From Catajapyx aquilonaris (taxonomy: Eukaryota), in NCBI GenBank assembly GCA_000934665.2, contig KZ538743.1, positions 1 to 50,008 of the forward strand: DNA of 50,008 nucleotides, given 5' to 3'. Positions 25,608 through 38,900 of this stretch are shown piece by piece. Made by a program: the position numbers and the translations under genes. How positions within the stretch are numbered: the stretch's first letter is position 1; each line of letters begins with the position of its first letter. Under the pieces are notes generated by a model. That model was not told the origin of the DNA and did not search any database. It worked only from the letters and a program-made list of their open reading frames with translations.

Positions 25608-28239
25608 CTCAACTCACCCCAAAGGAAAGATTCTGTTCACATTTCGCAGTATAACATTTATAATTGCTTCTATCTTCATTATTATGATGACATGACCTTT
25701 CATTACCCATACACAGGTGCCAGATACTGGCGAAAACCCCAGCTCCATTTCCCCCATTTCCACCCTGCAGATCCACCATGTTGTAAGAGCAAAGATGGTG
25801 ACAAATGAGCCGGATTGCAGATTGCGGACGAGAGACGAGCTGAAAATCGCGGGATTGACACTGTCAGCATCCGGCAACGGCGGACGAGACTATCTGGCGT
25901 ATCCATTCCGTGGAGAGTTAGGACCCGAGAGAGGGGTGGTGGGGACTGCAGATCCTGCACCAAAATCCCTCACGATCAATCACTCAGGGGGGTCTACCCT
26001 TATATGTATTCACCTCTTCTTGTTTGCAAGGATTTGACATTTTTCCATCCAACAATTGGTGCTCTGTCCACAACCACAATTTTTTCCCCCTCCCTTCTGA
26101 GTCTCGTGAGTAGGAAAGAGCTATGCGTCCTGAGGGAGTCCATTCTGGAGGAAGGGAATAGCATAACCCGGCTTGCGGGAGGCCCCTTTATGGCCCTGCT
26201 TTGCTCTGCCGAAATTGGCCCAAGTTTCACTCCGGGATGAGCCCGCACTTTTCCACCTCAGGGACCCAGCGGTTTTTGCAAACTGCCCAGATTTTGCAGA
26301 CATATACGCACTTTCTGTGTGCGACAACCCGACCCAGCTTGGTAGGATAACATTTGGGGCCACGTTTTAAAACGCGGCTATCAACACCGTGAACTTAACC
26401 TATCCTTCCGGGAATATTTACAGAGTACTGGTGGCTCTGAAAGGAAGCCGCTTGAGGAGGCTAGTCTCGAGCAAATATTTTCCTTTCATTAAGAGGCGGC
26501 GAGAGATGCCGTCAGCAATGGTCTGGGAATGTTGCCTATATTGTTGGTCGAAAAGGATCGAGTAAGTAACCGGAGAAGAGCGGTGGGGACACACGTGGCA
26601 AAGGCTGGAAAATCAGGGGGGATGGTGGGGAAGTGGGGAGAGAGAGAGTATTGCTTTTTAATTTGGAATCCATGGCGGTTTGGGTCGCGGTCTGTGGGAA
26701 ACATCAGAGGCGCTGCATGGCGCGTTTTGGGGCCATCCCAATCACCCTTCTACACCCGAAAACAGTACCGCCTGCCAGTAAGCGTAACCAGGGATTTTTC
26801 CCGAGGTGATTTTGACTTAGGCTGTCAGCCAATTTTATACACATTGCATGGTGATAATCGCAATTGAATAAGTTACGTCTGCATTTGCTGGAATCGGTGT
26901 AGTTGGTGAGCTAGTAACATTAGCATGCGACCATAAATAAGTTTATGCCAGTCATAGTGAAGAAAGCTCACCATGGGCCTCATATACCATCCAGTATTAA
27001 TGAACCCCCCAATAAAATCGTGCGCCAAGCGTCTTGCTGCAGCAAGCAGTAAATTCCGCGCAATAATTGCGATCCGCATGTAGAACAATGTAATTCCTCA
27101 CGTCTTTCGTAAAGACAAAGTGGGCTTCCTATCGCAACTGTCGGTGAAGAATAATGCATTATTCAGATCGCACTGTATATACATGAACCAGCCCCGCGTT
27201 ACCATCTTATCCGCCTCATGAAGATTAATCGTTCATGGAAAGTCGTCCTGTAGCAACATGTAGACATCGAGTTTCAGGTGTTGCCAACCTATGTAGAGCA
27301 CGCATATTCACGGCCACCTTTTTTTTATATGTATGTCTGCAGCACAATTATTCGTGCTCCTCGGGTCTAAATGTTTAATCAGCGCATGTGATAGGTAGAT
27401 ACAACCTGTTAGTAGTGAGTTTAGTGGAGTGCGTGCAGGGAGCCTCCACCGTGGCATTATATCTGCTCTATCAGCAATACAGTACGGCGGGCGCTTTCTG
27501 CTGGCTCTAATGGATTCCTTCCTGCTGCCTATATACACACGATCGATGTGGACATCACAAACACCATGTACCGCGATGGCGTCTTTTTACAACGATGCTG
27601 CCACAACATCTAGTCCGCCAAAAAAAGTTTCGGCCTTAACTTCTATCATTAATTTTAATTATATATTAATAGAGTAGAGTGACAAAATGGTACATATGTG
27701 CAGAGTGTATTTCCAGGACTGGTGCAACAACAGGGTTGGATGAGGATTGAGCGTCCAGTGGCTGAAATAGTCGCGCGGAAATCGGCCTCGGATCTCGTGT
27801 TTGAGGCCTGGTAGTGAACATTTGTTGCGCGTGAATTAAGCAGGGCGTAAATCGCGCGGGCCTTGATGAGGACATACGAGGCGGTATTTCGTCTCTGGCT
27901 GGCTCCGCAGAGGCCAATTTGCAGGACGTGGAGGACACTCTGCGGCCATGATGGGCCCGTATAAACAACATGGAGGATGGAAGGGGGGCGCCACGCTCAA
28001 CTCGACGGCTTTTCATGCACACAATCGTCGGATTTAGCCGGCGAAATTGTCTGTGTCGCTCTAGTCCTAATGGACCTGGGAGGCTGGGGACGGATCTCTA
28101 TTTCGTTTCTAAGGTATCTCCGCTGGTAAGCCGTGATTATTGCCAATATTTGCGGATACGAACATATACCCGGGTAATTAAAAAGTATTTTTGGGGGCAC
28201 ATCATGAATCATACAGAAGCAAGATGAGGTTGGACTTAC

Positions 28240-28355
28240 CCATTGAATGGATATCCGGCCAGGGCAGTGTCGTACGGGTGGTACATTGAAGCATAAGGCC
28301 AGGCAGCTGCCCCTGGGCCGCCCCCCAAGTTTTCCTTGAGGTCCAAACTACCCGC
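28240..28355 (-). CDS. mirr: Iroquois/mirror-like gene, exon 3
   Basis: TTTCTTGTATTTCAG|GCG... encodes AGSLDLKENLGGGPGAAAWPYASMYHPYDTALAGYPFN(G), with donor GG|GTAAGT. Phase 0 in and phase 2 out fit both neighbours. DLKENL, WPY and YHPYD resemble insect Mirror. This exon is absent from the ORF track. Confidence 0.93.
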
Positions 28356-29030
28356 CTGAAATACAAGAAATCAAAATGTCACTTTCATTTAAATTGGCAT
28401 AAATGGTCAATCACGAGCCTTTAATGGTATAAGCTACATTATTGTTGACATCCATGCTATTCTAAAGTTGCATGCATGCATATTTAAAGATCTGGTATAG
28501 CTGGATATGTAGATAATTATGAACCACCCCCAACCCGTACAAGAAAATGACCCCAGAAACACACACACACACACCCAACCCCGTATCCCCAAAGCCAGGA
28601 ATCCGGTTTCTCATGTGTTGCATGTGTGGCCGGGTGTATGATGTGTGAAGAAGCGAGCAAAGTATAGGACCAGTGTTTATCCTCCCCCTCCCCTCGCTTA
28701 AGCATGGCCTCCTAAGTACACGCCGATATACACAGGACTCCAAACTATAGGTCTTGTGTTTCACGACTTCTCCTTCCGCCCTCATCATTTCGTCCTATGT
28801 GTGTGTGTGTTGCAACCGCAGCAGGCTTGGAGTCCGGGGCGCACCTAGCCTTAGAGCTGAAGGCAGCACAGGCTATAATTAGCGGACCTATCATTCCAGA
28901 ATCAGATGTTTCCCAGTAGGTCTGCCGATTTGAAATTCTGAGCGCTCTGATCCCGGGCCCAGACTGACACATGACATCCTAATTATAAGGTTGGCCCTGT
29001 TCTAATCCGAGCCGGGCCCCGAGTGGCGTG

Positions 29031-29032
<2 letters not shown>

Positions 29033-29068
<36 letters not shown>

Positions 29069-29090
29069 AAGAGAAGAGAAGAGAAGGTAA

Positions 29091-29121
<31 letters not shown>
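29033..29121. repeat. Compound (GA)n/(GAGAA)n microsatellite in Irx intron 2
   Basis: Seen directly. Confidence 0.95.
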
Positions 29122-29343
29122 CTCATGCTGCCTGCCAACTTTACTTCTTTTTGCCTAAACAACACGAACCTGAGATGTAAGATAGCCCTAGTAACAGGGC
29201 ATTGGAATGTTATTCCCCTATCTGCCCAATTAGCTCCACCAGATACTGACTCTTCAAATTACAATTGCACCTGTGTTGGGGTTTTTTGCTGTATGTGCAA
29301 CGGTATATGAGGTCGGGATATGCAAATAGTAAAATTTGTTTAC

Positions 29344-29943
29344 CGTGGGTGAGTAGAAGGCGGCGGCGGCGGCGGCGCTTTGGTCTTGCGCGAGTCCGGC
29401 GGCTGCGGCTGCGGCTGCGGCTGGCCCGTATGCGGCCGCCACCTGGTCTTGATAGGCGCCTCCATAGACGGCGGATAGGGGAATAGCACCTCCTGACGCC
29501 AGCCTCTGGTAGGAGAGGAGGTGGGCGTGTGGGTCGTACTGGCACGAGCACACGCTCTGCCCCGTCAGAGGGTCGGTGAACAGGGGCCGGCCGCCCTCGC
29601 AGCACCGCCCCGAGGCAGCCGCCGCTGCCGCAGCAGCCGCAGCCGCCACCGCCGCTGCAGCAGCAGCCGTCACCGACGACGACGAAGAGGAGGATCCTGG
29701 TGGCGCTGATGCAGCACCAGGGGTGGCCCCTGAAGCGGATGGGGCTGACGATGAGGCGGCGGTGGATGGCGGAGGGGCGGCCGAAGACCTGGAGGAGCTG
29801 GTGCTGGAGCTGGAGCTGGAGCTGCTGCTTCCCCCCCCTCCTCTTCCTCCTCCTGCCCCGCCACCCACGCTGGACGCTCCTGAGGCAGACGTCGTCGTCG
29901 TCGCCAGGCCTGATGACGTGCTACCCACAGACGATACCAGCAA
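29344..29943 (-). CDS. mirr: Iroquois/mirror-like gene, exon 2: Gly/Ser/Ala-rich region and conserved N-terminal Cys motif (IRO-A)
   Basis: Acceptor CTCTCTCACGCACAG|TTG, 200 codons, donor ACG|GTAAAC. It contains RCCEGGRPLFTDPLTGQSVCSCQYD..LLSYQRLA, which is typical of protostome Irx proteins. Confidence 0.92.
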
Positions 29944-32900
29944 CTGTGCGTGAGAGAGACATAATGCGTTTAGACTACACGTCACCTACTCGCAGCATGA
30001 GTCACCGATAACGATGAATGTACCCAACCGGTTCTAGGAGGATTATTTGGAAATACAGGGTGGTGCACAAGTCCAGTTGGCAAAAGTTGAGACAGAAGTT
30101 GTTGTTTTCCATCCAGCAACCAGGTTTAAAAGGGAGAGATGAAACATGTTGTTCAATTTGAGCTCTTTTTTGTATAGCAGGTAAAGCAGGCAAAATTAAT
30201 TTGACAGCGACTATATTTTTGAGTGAAGTATGCAATTCTGGCTCAATTTTAAAAACAAATTACGGTAAAACTTCAATTAAGTACAGTTTTGTCATTGCAC
30301 AACATAGTTCAGAACATACGTAAACTAGTAATGAGTTTTTTTTCTGTATTGACTCAGTATAGGCAAGGTCTCTATATATACAGTAGTCTACATGAAGGTT
30401 AGGTAAATGCTGGGTTGTGCGTTGGTTGCAGAGATAAACAATGCATAACTTCCTCCCCCGCGTACTTTGTCAGTGCACCTTCCTGCATATCCTGAACAAA
30501 GTACCAATGTTCGCTGTTCTGCTCAATGATCTCAGTCCAATTTATTTACAACTTGTGACTTGACAGATATACTGACATTAGATAAATTTGTATGAGATGA
30601 AATGGACTTTTTTTTTGAACAGCCAGCAGGAATATGGACTTTGGTTCTTTGGTGCAAGTTTTGCACATCTATATCTACATGCATTTGTCTATTATTAGAA
30701 AATGTGGGTGTGAAGTAAACGTTTACGAGACTGTATAATTTAATAGCAGCCACTTTAACATAAATAAATAACTGATCGCATTTTTTTATGGGGAGAGTAA
30801 AAGGACCCAGTTGAAAGCATCGCTGGTGTATAAATGTGTTGTGTGTTTTGTGAAGTTCGTGTTGAGTGAGATTATGCTGTTAGCTTGGTTTTAGAACTAA
30901 AATATGTTCACAGAGGAATCAAACGCGGTATACATGAAAAAAAAATATCCTTACTGGGAGGTTTCCTCTGCATAGTAAAAATACGTTAAAAACGAAATAT
31001 TATGCTTTGGAACAAATTAGCATTATGTTACTGTTAGCCCTTGTCGATTATTATTTTGCGCAATTTACATTATGGGGCTCAATACTTCAACATTACTGCA
31101 CCTCTGATATTACTGGAACAACAACACGCCATATAGATTTCCTTTTCTTTGAAGACCTGATAATTATCAGCTTCGGCACCCTGATGCCTGTTTTATCTTT
31201 TCAATAAATAATTATCATTCGGCGTATGTAAAGATAAGATCCACACTCTGTCTCAACTTCTGGTAAGAGTAAAAAGTCGCACCGCAATGCCATCGAGACG
31301 TTCGGCTGAGGCAGTAAAATGTTTGGGAATGGATGTGGCTCACGGATCACATCCATGGTCGTAACCATTACAATTTGGATGATGTGGCAACCAGTCGGCG
31401 AACCCCATGAATCCCACCCACCCCTTCCAGCCCCCCAAAGATTATCTGAAAAATGTAACAAGCCACACGGAATCATCCACTATTAATATCATTTGAAATT
31501 CAATAAATGTATTGTATGAAAACTGTCCCAAAATAATTCCCGCAATCTATTACCATAAATATGTACCGCAATGCAGAACCCGCACAAAAAAAACATACCC
31601 ATGCCTGTTGCTATAAAGGCACCATCAGGCACCGGACACTGTATGTGTCATCAACTCCATTACATAACACACTGGCCACTGTCCATCAAACGTCTGTCCG
31701 CACAACACAAAACTCGCGCAACACCCAGAACATCACAAGAATCCCGCCTCTTTCTGCCAAATCCTATGGCGGCGGCGTGCGAAGACATTCTGCGAGTGAA
31801 GTGAATAAAGCGCCTTTCTTCTTCCTCCTCCTCCATGGTGTTGGTGGTAAAGAGGGAGCCACCACCACCACCACCAGTCGGTTACGGAAGAATTAGCACC
31901 GCCTGGCGACTTGGGCCGCCCCTCAGAAGCTTTTCCCCGGCGGGCACAGAGCGCGCCACACCGAAATGAATTATTCCTATCCAATAAAAGCCCGCTTTTG
32001 CAATACACTTGACGCTTCACGAAGTTATGCAGTCGTAAAACTGCGTGGAAATTTTCACAGACAGCGAAACGCACGCCAGCAGGAAATACACGCGAAGGTT
32101 TTTTATTCTTTAAAAAAATGTTGCAATAACCGACTGGAAGTATATAAGGTGACATGTGGACAGTATGAGGACAGGGTGGGGAGGAAAAATCAGCAGGGGG
32201 GTAGCTCCTAGTGTGTGTGTATAGGCTTTTTCACACGACTACCCCCCCCCCCTTTCCTATATGAACGTTTCTAGCTTAATCCCACGTTTTAATATCACAT
32301 GTGATGGAGGTGGAAAGAGTAGGGGAAGGGGAGGTAAAATGAGGGGAGACCCGGCGGAAATCACGAGTTTCGCATGGAGATGGAACCCTGATAGTCGAAC
32401 ATCATAATAAGGAACAAAACGAACAAAAGGACTGCTTGCTTTCCACAAACCAAGGGCTTAGTCGTGGGAAAAAATGTAGAGAGAGAGAGGAAAAAAAAGT
32501 TTTGTGCAGGTTAGGGTGGGCCCTATTGTGGTTCCCTTCAGTTGTATATATAGGTGATTCCTGACTTTTCAGCGCTTTTTTGGGGTGGAAATTTTGTTGC
32601 GTGAAGCCGAAGGGGGCTCTCTTATCGATTCTAGCTTTTGTTCGTTCTCATCCGCCGCGACGACTGATTCCAACCTTGACTTTATATCGTCAAACTATTT
32701 TGTTGTGGCCTGCAGTGTCAGACTTACATAATGTATACAGTACAGAAAATTGAATAAGGCCTACCAAAATAGGGGGGTGCTGGAAGGAAATTATCCACAC
32801 TCGTGTGAAGACTCACACGATAAAAATACACATTCCGTGCATCTCGCGTAACCAAATAGTTGTCAGCATTAACGAGATATCCACAAACATTTGCGCCGTG

Positions 32901-35900
32901 CAAGCACGAAAAGTAAACGAATCTATGAAGATGGCGCAAAAAATGCAGGAAAATTGTGGCAACCGACTGACACGTGACCAATGTTGGTCCAATCCTCAAT
33001 TGGTTTGTGCAATGTCCTGGTAATTTCTTTTCCCTTAGCTTCTTGCGTGTCGACTGCTAATGTTATTGCAGTACTTGGCTTGTCCTGCAAAACGCTCCAC
33101 CCAGTTTTAGTGTATAATGAAGGCATTTCATGCACGAAGCCCAGGCTCGGCCCCCCCTTCAGGTGCAAAAAAATAAATAAAAAAAGAATAAATGTTTGGG
33201 GTGGTGAGAGAAATGTGTAACTCTCCATCAGCTTCAAGGTTACAAAAAAAAATTTCAAGCCATATTCTGTTGCATAGCCATTAAATATCTCCCTCCCTCG
33301 TTTAAAGCGCGCTGTTAGTGTAATACAACATCACACTTCCTGGTCATTAAATTTAATGTACAGCCTCGCAAAGTGGTTACAAATTACAAGAGTGTAGCTT
33401 AAGAACAGCATAATGAGGCCATGCTCATTATAACTAGCCAACCAGCCCGATTTCGCTCGATAGTATAATTTTTAAAAATAAAAACAGCAAAAAAAAAAAA
33501 CGGAATGAATGAATTAAAAATATTTGCTAGAATGGGCGGGACCGATCTAGATCACTCTCTAAACATGCACTGTTCCGGAGGAGGGGCTCGACGAATTAAA
33601 ATGCGACTTGGGGCTTGTCAAACAGATTTTCAGTCACACTGTTTTGTTGCCCTCATCACGAAGTCAGCCAACAACAAAACGCACGTCTCCACGTGCTGCG
33701 TCACACCATGTGGACACGCCATGTCGCGCACGATTCATTTGCATAACAATAATTGGCTATCCAAAAGCTGGCGCATCTACACACACTGTGTGTGCATATA
33801 CGATGCGTTTGTGGACAACAGTTTGGCATTATTGCACCTCCCCCTTTCATTTTTGGGAAGGGGGGGGGGGGCATGATGATGCTTCCTTCCTAGGGCAGTC
33901 CAGCAGAAATGCCTTCATTATACCATTATTATGATGGCGGTGAATTGTTGACTTCCTGGACTTTTATCTCCAGTGGCATGACCTTTCACGGTGGCTGGCT
34001 CCCCTTCGCCTTGTTGGGGGTTGAGCCTGTCATTTTGTCCCTATTCCAGCCGCCACTTTGCACCTCGGAGCATGCGAGAGGATGTGCCTTTCGTGTCTGA
34101 CAAGGGAGCTGTAGAAAATCATTAGGCCGGCCCAAGGAACGTTATTATCTCACATGACGCGCCGCTGAGGACGTCATCGCTGCCTGGCCACTTCTTCTGC
34201 ACCAACACAGCAGCACATATCTGCCCTGCCTCCTGACGCAGGAACTAACGGATTACAGCCCCGATATCATGAAAAACTTGTCTGCTTTTACTAAACACCA
34301 GGGGAGCCCAAACATGGCGGCGGATGCTGCAAAAATCCCCGGATGACGATTAGAGCGCCACACAGGCCAAGTCGTCAAACTGAAAAATAATTCCCCCAAC
34401 TTTGTTTTACGATTTGGTACGGGGGAGAACCCAGCTTATGTCCCAGGTGGACAATAAAAAAAAACCAACCCATTTTTTTTTCACGAAACTATTTCCGGGA
34501 ATATCGTGTGTAGGCCTCCCTACATTTATATACCCCCCCCCCTCCCCTACCAAAAGTTACAGCTTTATTGTTTCGGTGGCTTTGAGGAGGTGGTGACGAC
34601 GCAATAGCGCATAGCATGACGGCAAGTTGGAATTTTTGCACGGTCAGGCTCGGATGCTCCGCTTATTGTCAGTCGGCAGGGAGAAAGTCGACTAATTTTA
34701 TTACCCCCGGTATACAACGATCGCAGTTTCCCTTTCGATAATAACATGTGAGCCGCATAATAAATAATGAATTTTGGGGCGGGTTGGGGGGAAAAGGGGA
34801 TTTCCTGAGTATCGCGCATCATAATAAGACAATAGTCAGGGGTGGGGGAGGGAGACGCACAATGGCCTGTTTTTTCCATCATTTTTTGGAGCATGGAACA
34901 TCGAGGGCGTGTAGCTGCCTTTCTCTTATAACACACAGCTGCATAACTGATTCGACGATAACACCAAAAAATCGCATTTTTGAGGGATATATACACCACC
35001 GGAAACTGGCATAGGACGGAAGAGTGGGCCAGGATCCGCCTAATTAAAATACAAAGGATTCGACGCCTAATTACTGCCGTATAATAGGACCCTAAGCCTT
35101 GAAGCGCGTGAGGCCAGTTGCTTGTCTTTATTTTAATGGCTATGAGAGAATATCGCACGAAAAAAGCCAACGCTCTGAGAAGTCTGCGTCACCTCTTGTT
35201 GGTAACAGTGGGGATTAGTGCAGGCAGGACTGAATCACTGAAAATGGACATCCCCTATAGCAGAGTTAGATCGATTTAATTCTAATCATGGCTTCATGAT
35301 CCGGCCGTCGGTGCTGTGAACCTGGGCGATAACTCTAAGCTTTATGTGTGACCGATAGAGCCAAGTCAAACAAGGAGGGGTCCATGATGATTAGAGGGGG
35401 GAAACCCCCAGCTTCTCTCCACAGATCATTTGCTAATGAAATGTGACTGGTCCCCACATAATTTTTTGGGGGAGGTTGAAAAAAAGGGGGGTCAAGTAAT
35501 AGCAGGGGGTCATCTGTGGCCAACAGTCCCATCCTCAAATCAAAGCTGGTGGATTATGATGATTTCTGCTGAGTCACTCAAGAAGAGCGGTGGCAGTAAT
35601 CCCCATCAAAGACAGACCCTGAGTTGTATAGGTCATTTGTGGACAACCCGGGGTCATTTTTTTTGTGAAAAAAGCGACGCTGCAAAAAGGGCCAAATTGC
35701 CTCTTGTCGCCGGCATCAATACATCCATCCTTGCATGTGCATGCTTTTAGCCGGTACACAGTCTAATGCCCATTGTGCTGTCTGGCCAATGTACGAAGGG
35801 ATGATTGAAAAGCTGCTTTTCAGCTCAGAATGTAGTGTTGGAATCGCTGAGGCGGAATTCCGATTGGGAAGTGGATTGTCGGCCCAGTTAAAGTGACACG

Positions 35901-38900
35901 TCAAATGTTTCGCTATTATTGAAAAAACAAGAGGCAACTAATACGACACGGTTTTCGTCATGCTGGACGGCGATCCCATATATTACTCGGACGTCCCACG
36001 AAAAAAAAAAGGTAGGGCTTGGAAAAATCCCCGCAGTTGAGCTGAATAGGTCCGTCACGCCCGATTTTGTCACAAACGACCGAACTTTTTAGCAGTAAAA
36101 TAGCAAGTGCATAGAAGCTCCTATATATGTGACAGACCTGCTACAATACCCACCAGGTCGCAAACTGATATTTTTTTTTTTCAAGGTACACGCCCCCTGT
36201 CCAAAATGTAATAACCGTAATAACCAATGTCCGGAAATATTTTTCTCCCTAAAGTGACGGGTCCTTCGAGATGTGTTGCTCCAGAAAATCGCTGCTCATT
36301 TGAGCAGCAGCAGCAGCATTCTTTATCAAAAGCGAAGAACGCTTTGGGGGGATAGCCCCATGTGACATTAAACATTACCTGCGGTACATGAAGGACCGGC
36401 TATTGCATGCAGATACTAAGTCGGGATAAGGGTCTTTTTCGGCCCCCGGTGCTTATAACCCCTTCCCCCTTTCAACCAATAGAGGAAGGCACAATAGGCT
36501 GTGCCCTGGAGAAATTTCCCGGAGGATTTCTGCCAGCATAGGCTCTCCCACGATTTGGATATCAATATCAGCAAACTGCCTCTTCCACTTCGACAGACTA
36601 TCGATCAACAAAAAAAGCTCTTATCAAACCCAATGGTAGTTCATGAAACTTCTAGAAAGCTCACCGTCCGCTTACATTTTATTATACCGGGAGCGGTATC
36701 TCAGCACGAGTGTCCAATAAATCCATAAATATCCATCACGGATGAGGTCACTCCGGCAAAGCAAGGAATCAAGATTAAAGCCCACAGCAATTGTTTGTCA
36801 TTTTGTTTGAAGGAATGTCCGCAATTTTTTTTTCTAAAACTGGCTGATTAGGTTGTGTTCAATATACGACTGCATCAAAGGCTATCGATAGGCGATCAGA
36901 CGGCCAGGTGCAGAAAATTCCAAGTTCCGCCCCATGAAATATGAGAGAGCGAAGGTATTTTTTTCCCCCATTTGTAAACTTATTGGACCTAATGGCCATT
37001 AATATTAAGAGGCGATATTTAGTTGCGTGGCAACGTGCACACCACTGCTTTCCTGCAAGCTCCAGCCGGATTAGGAGGACTAAGTTATTCCACTTTGGCC
37101 CACCGTGTTTACCCAACTTCTATCTTTTCCGGGACTATAGTCTCCGGAGGAGGAAGATCCAATAATCTTACCCCTCCTCTTTTCCCCGCATTTATTTTTC
37201 CAGTCTCCAACTTCTTAATCAGCCCAGGCAAAATTGGGTCCACATTATGAAGTCAAGACTCTCGCACAGTTTAAGGTTGTTTGTTTTTTCATGAAAACAG
37301 ACCAATTATTAAGCAGTTATTTTCAGATATTTTTTGATTCAATTTTAAAATTTGTACTCACACACTTAGCCTATATCTCAAATTGTCTAAAAAATTATTT
37401 GAAAATTCCAAGACATCGTGTAACATTCATGCGTGCAATCATGCGCACAAATTGTGTTATGTACTGTATACGCCAAATTGTTTCATACCCCGGAGGTATG
37501 AAACAATTTGGCGTATATAGTACATTTATAGGAATAATTAGATCCGGGTCTAACCACCAAACAGCCCTAAGCCCTTCCTGGTCTGTCTCTCATTCTCACT
37601 CATGCACCTCCCACTTGAACACATCTCGCATCACGCGGTCCACACACATACAAAAAAAAGTAGGGGGATACACAACATGCAAAAAGGTGGGCGTTTTAAT
37701 TGAATTAATAGTGTGTTCACAGGAGAGGGAAGAAGGTCACGTCGGCCCAGGTGACATGTTTATGTCCACGCGAAGTCTTGCCCGGTCTCCCTTTTCCATC
37801 TGTTAGGGCCTCTGCTTGGCTCATGGCGGCCCTTCCGGTCTGCTTGCCAACTGCACGCCACAAGCAACACGTTTTTTCCCACCATAGTTGGTACTGCCTG
37901 CTACAGTATTAGTAATATCCATACTGTCCCAAAAACAAAATTGGACGTCTGTTCTATTGATAATAATTACGCCAGGTATTACGCTGGCTGTACTTTCCAT
38001 AAAACCATACTATTAGGCGGGAATGAGGAGAAGGCCGATGCAAAATTGATGGGCTCTCACATTACTTATACAACCGCTGTCGCGTAGGTACAAATTTATA
38101 TGGCGATAAGACCCGCAATTGACAGAATTACATTTCAGTATATCAGGCCTGATGAATAGGTTCGAGTCTGGATGTGTTTAGCAAAAGTATGGAATCCGAG
38201 TTGGGTGCTGGCAGCTTGCGAGTACAAACGAGCCTTAATCAGAATTCGTCAACTCCAACTTCATAGGCATGTCTGAGTGTGTATGGATTTGCTGATGTTT
38301 ATGCAGGTTGGGCCTTACAACTGCGGGAGGTTCATTTATTCATGGATTTCTCCCCCCACAGCTCTCCCCTTGCTGTAGAAATGGCCAAATGAGCTTGAAG
38401 GCACGTTTAGAAGGAGAATCATTTATACATGAAGTATAGGTAACCACACTAGGCGCCATATATGGGCTTGTGTAAGAGCCGGCAGATCACATTCTGGTCA
38501 AACCTAACGCCTTGGAAAAGCTTGAACGAGAACTATATGATAACCGTGTAAGCACTTTGGGTTGTATCTGCAGTTTTGCCGGAAAGACGTTTATCGGTAG
38601 CGGAAACGATGTCCGCGGGTATGGGTGGAAAAATGGAGGAAAATGAGCTTTTGGGACAGATACACGTGGCCTCGATGTGTTGGACACGATTAGGCGGCCA
38701 TGTTTATGTGACCTACATGTGTGTCCCTGAGATTGAAAATAATGGCGAAACTGCTGGTGGTTGGATGAAAGTGGTGGGGGGGAAAGGAAGGGACGCAGTT
38801 TGTTCCATTTGATGTGATAGACACCACTACATAAACCAGCTTACACGTGCCACATTGCAGATATTCTGCGGCTGCTCATCAATATTATTGGCACCATTCG

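Noticed and set aside
29576..29953. Plus-strand 125-aa Ala/Asp/Pro-rich ORF and other ORFs overlapping exon 2
   Set aside because: These are antisense or alternate-frame shadows of the GC-rich, low-complexity Irx exon.
31895..31910. CTCF-like motif (also near 1185, 10090 and 22965) and scattered Su(H) YGTGGGAA sites
   Set aside because: These are isolated degenerate matches that I cannot distinguish from background without PWM scoring or conservation data.
36372..36392. Alternative first-exon candidate ATGTACCGCAG|GTAATG
   Set aside because: Its ATG gives a phase-2 donor, which is incompatible with phase-0 exon 2, and it has no Irx-like N-terminus.
34565..37806. Longest intronic ORFs (201 aa at 34565-35170 and 190 aa at 37234-37806)
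   Set aside because: Both have non-ATG starts, random-looking composition and no domains, consistent with chance ORFs.
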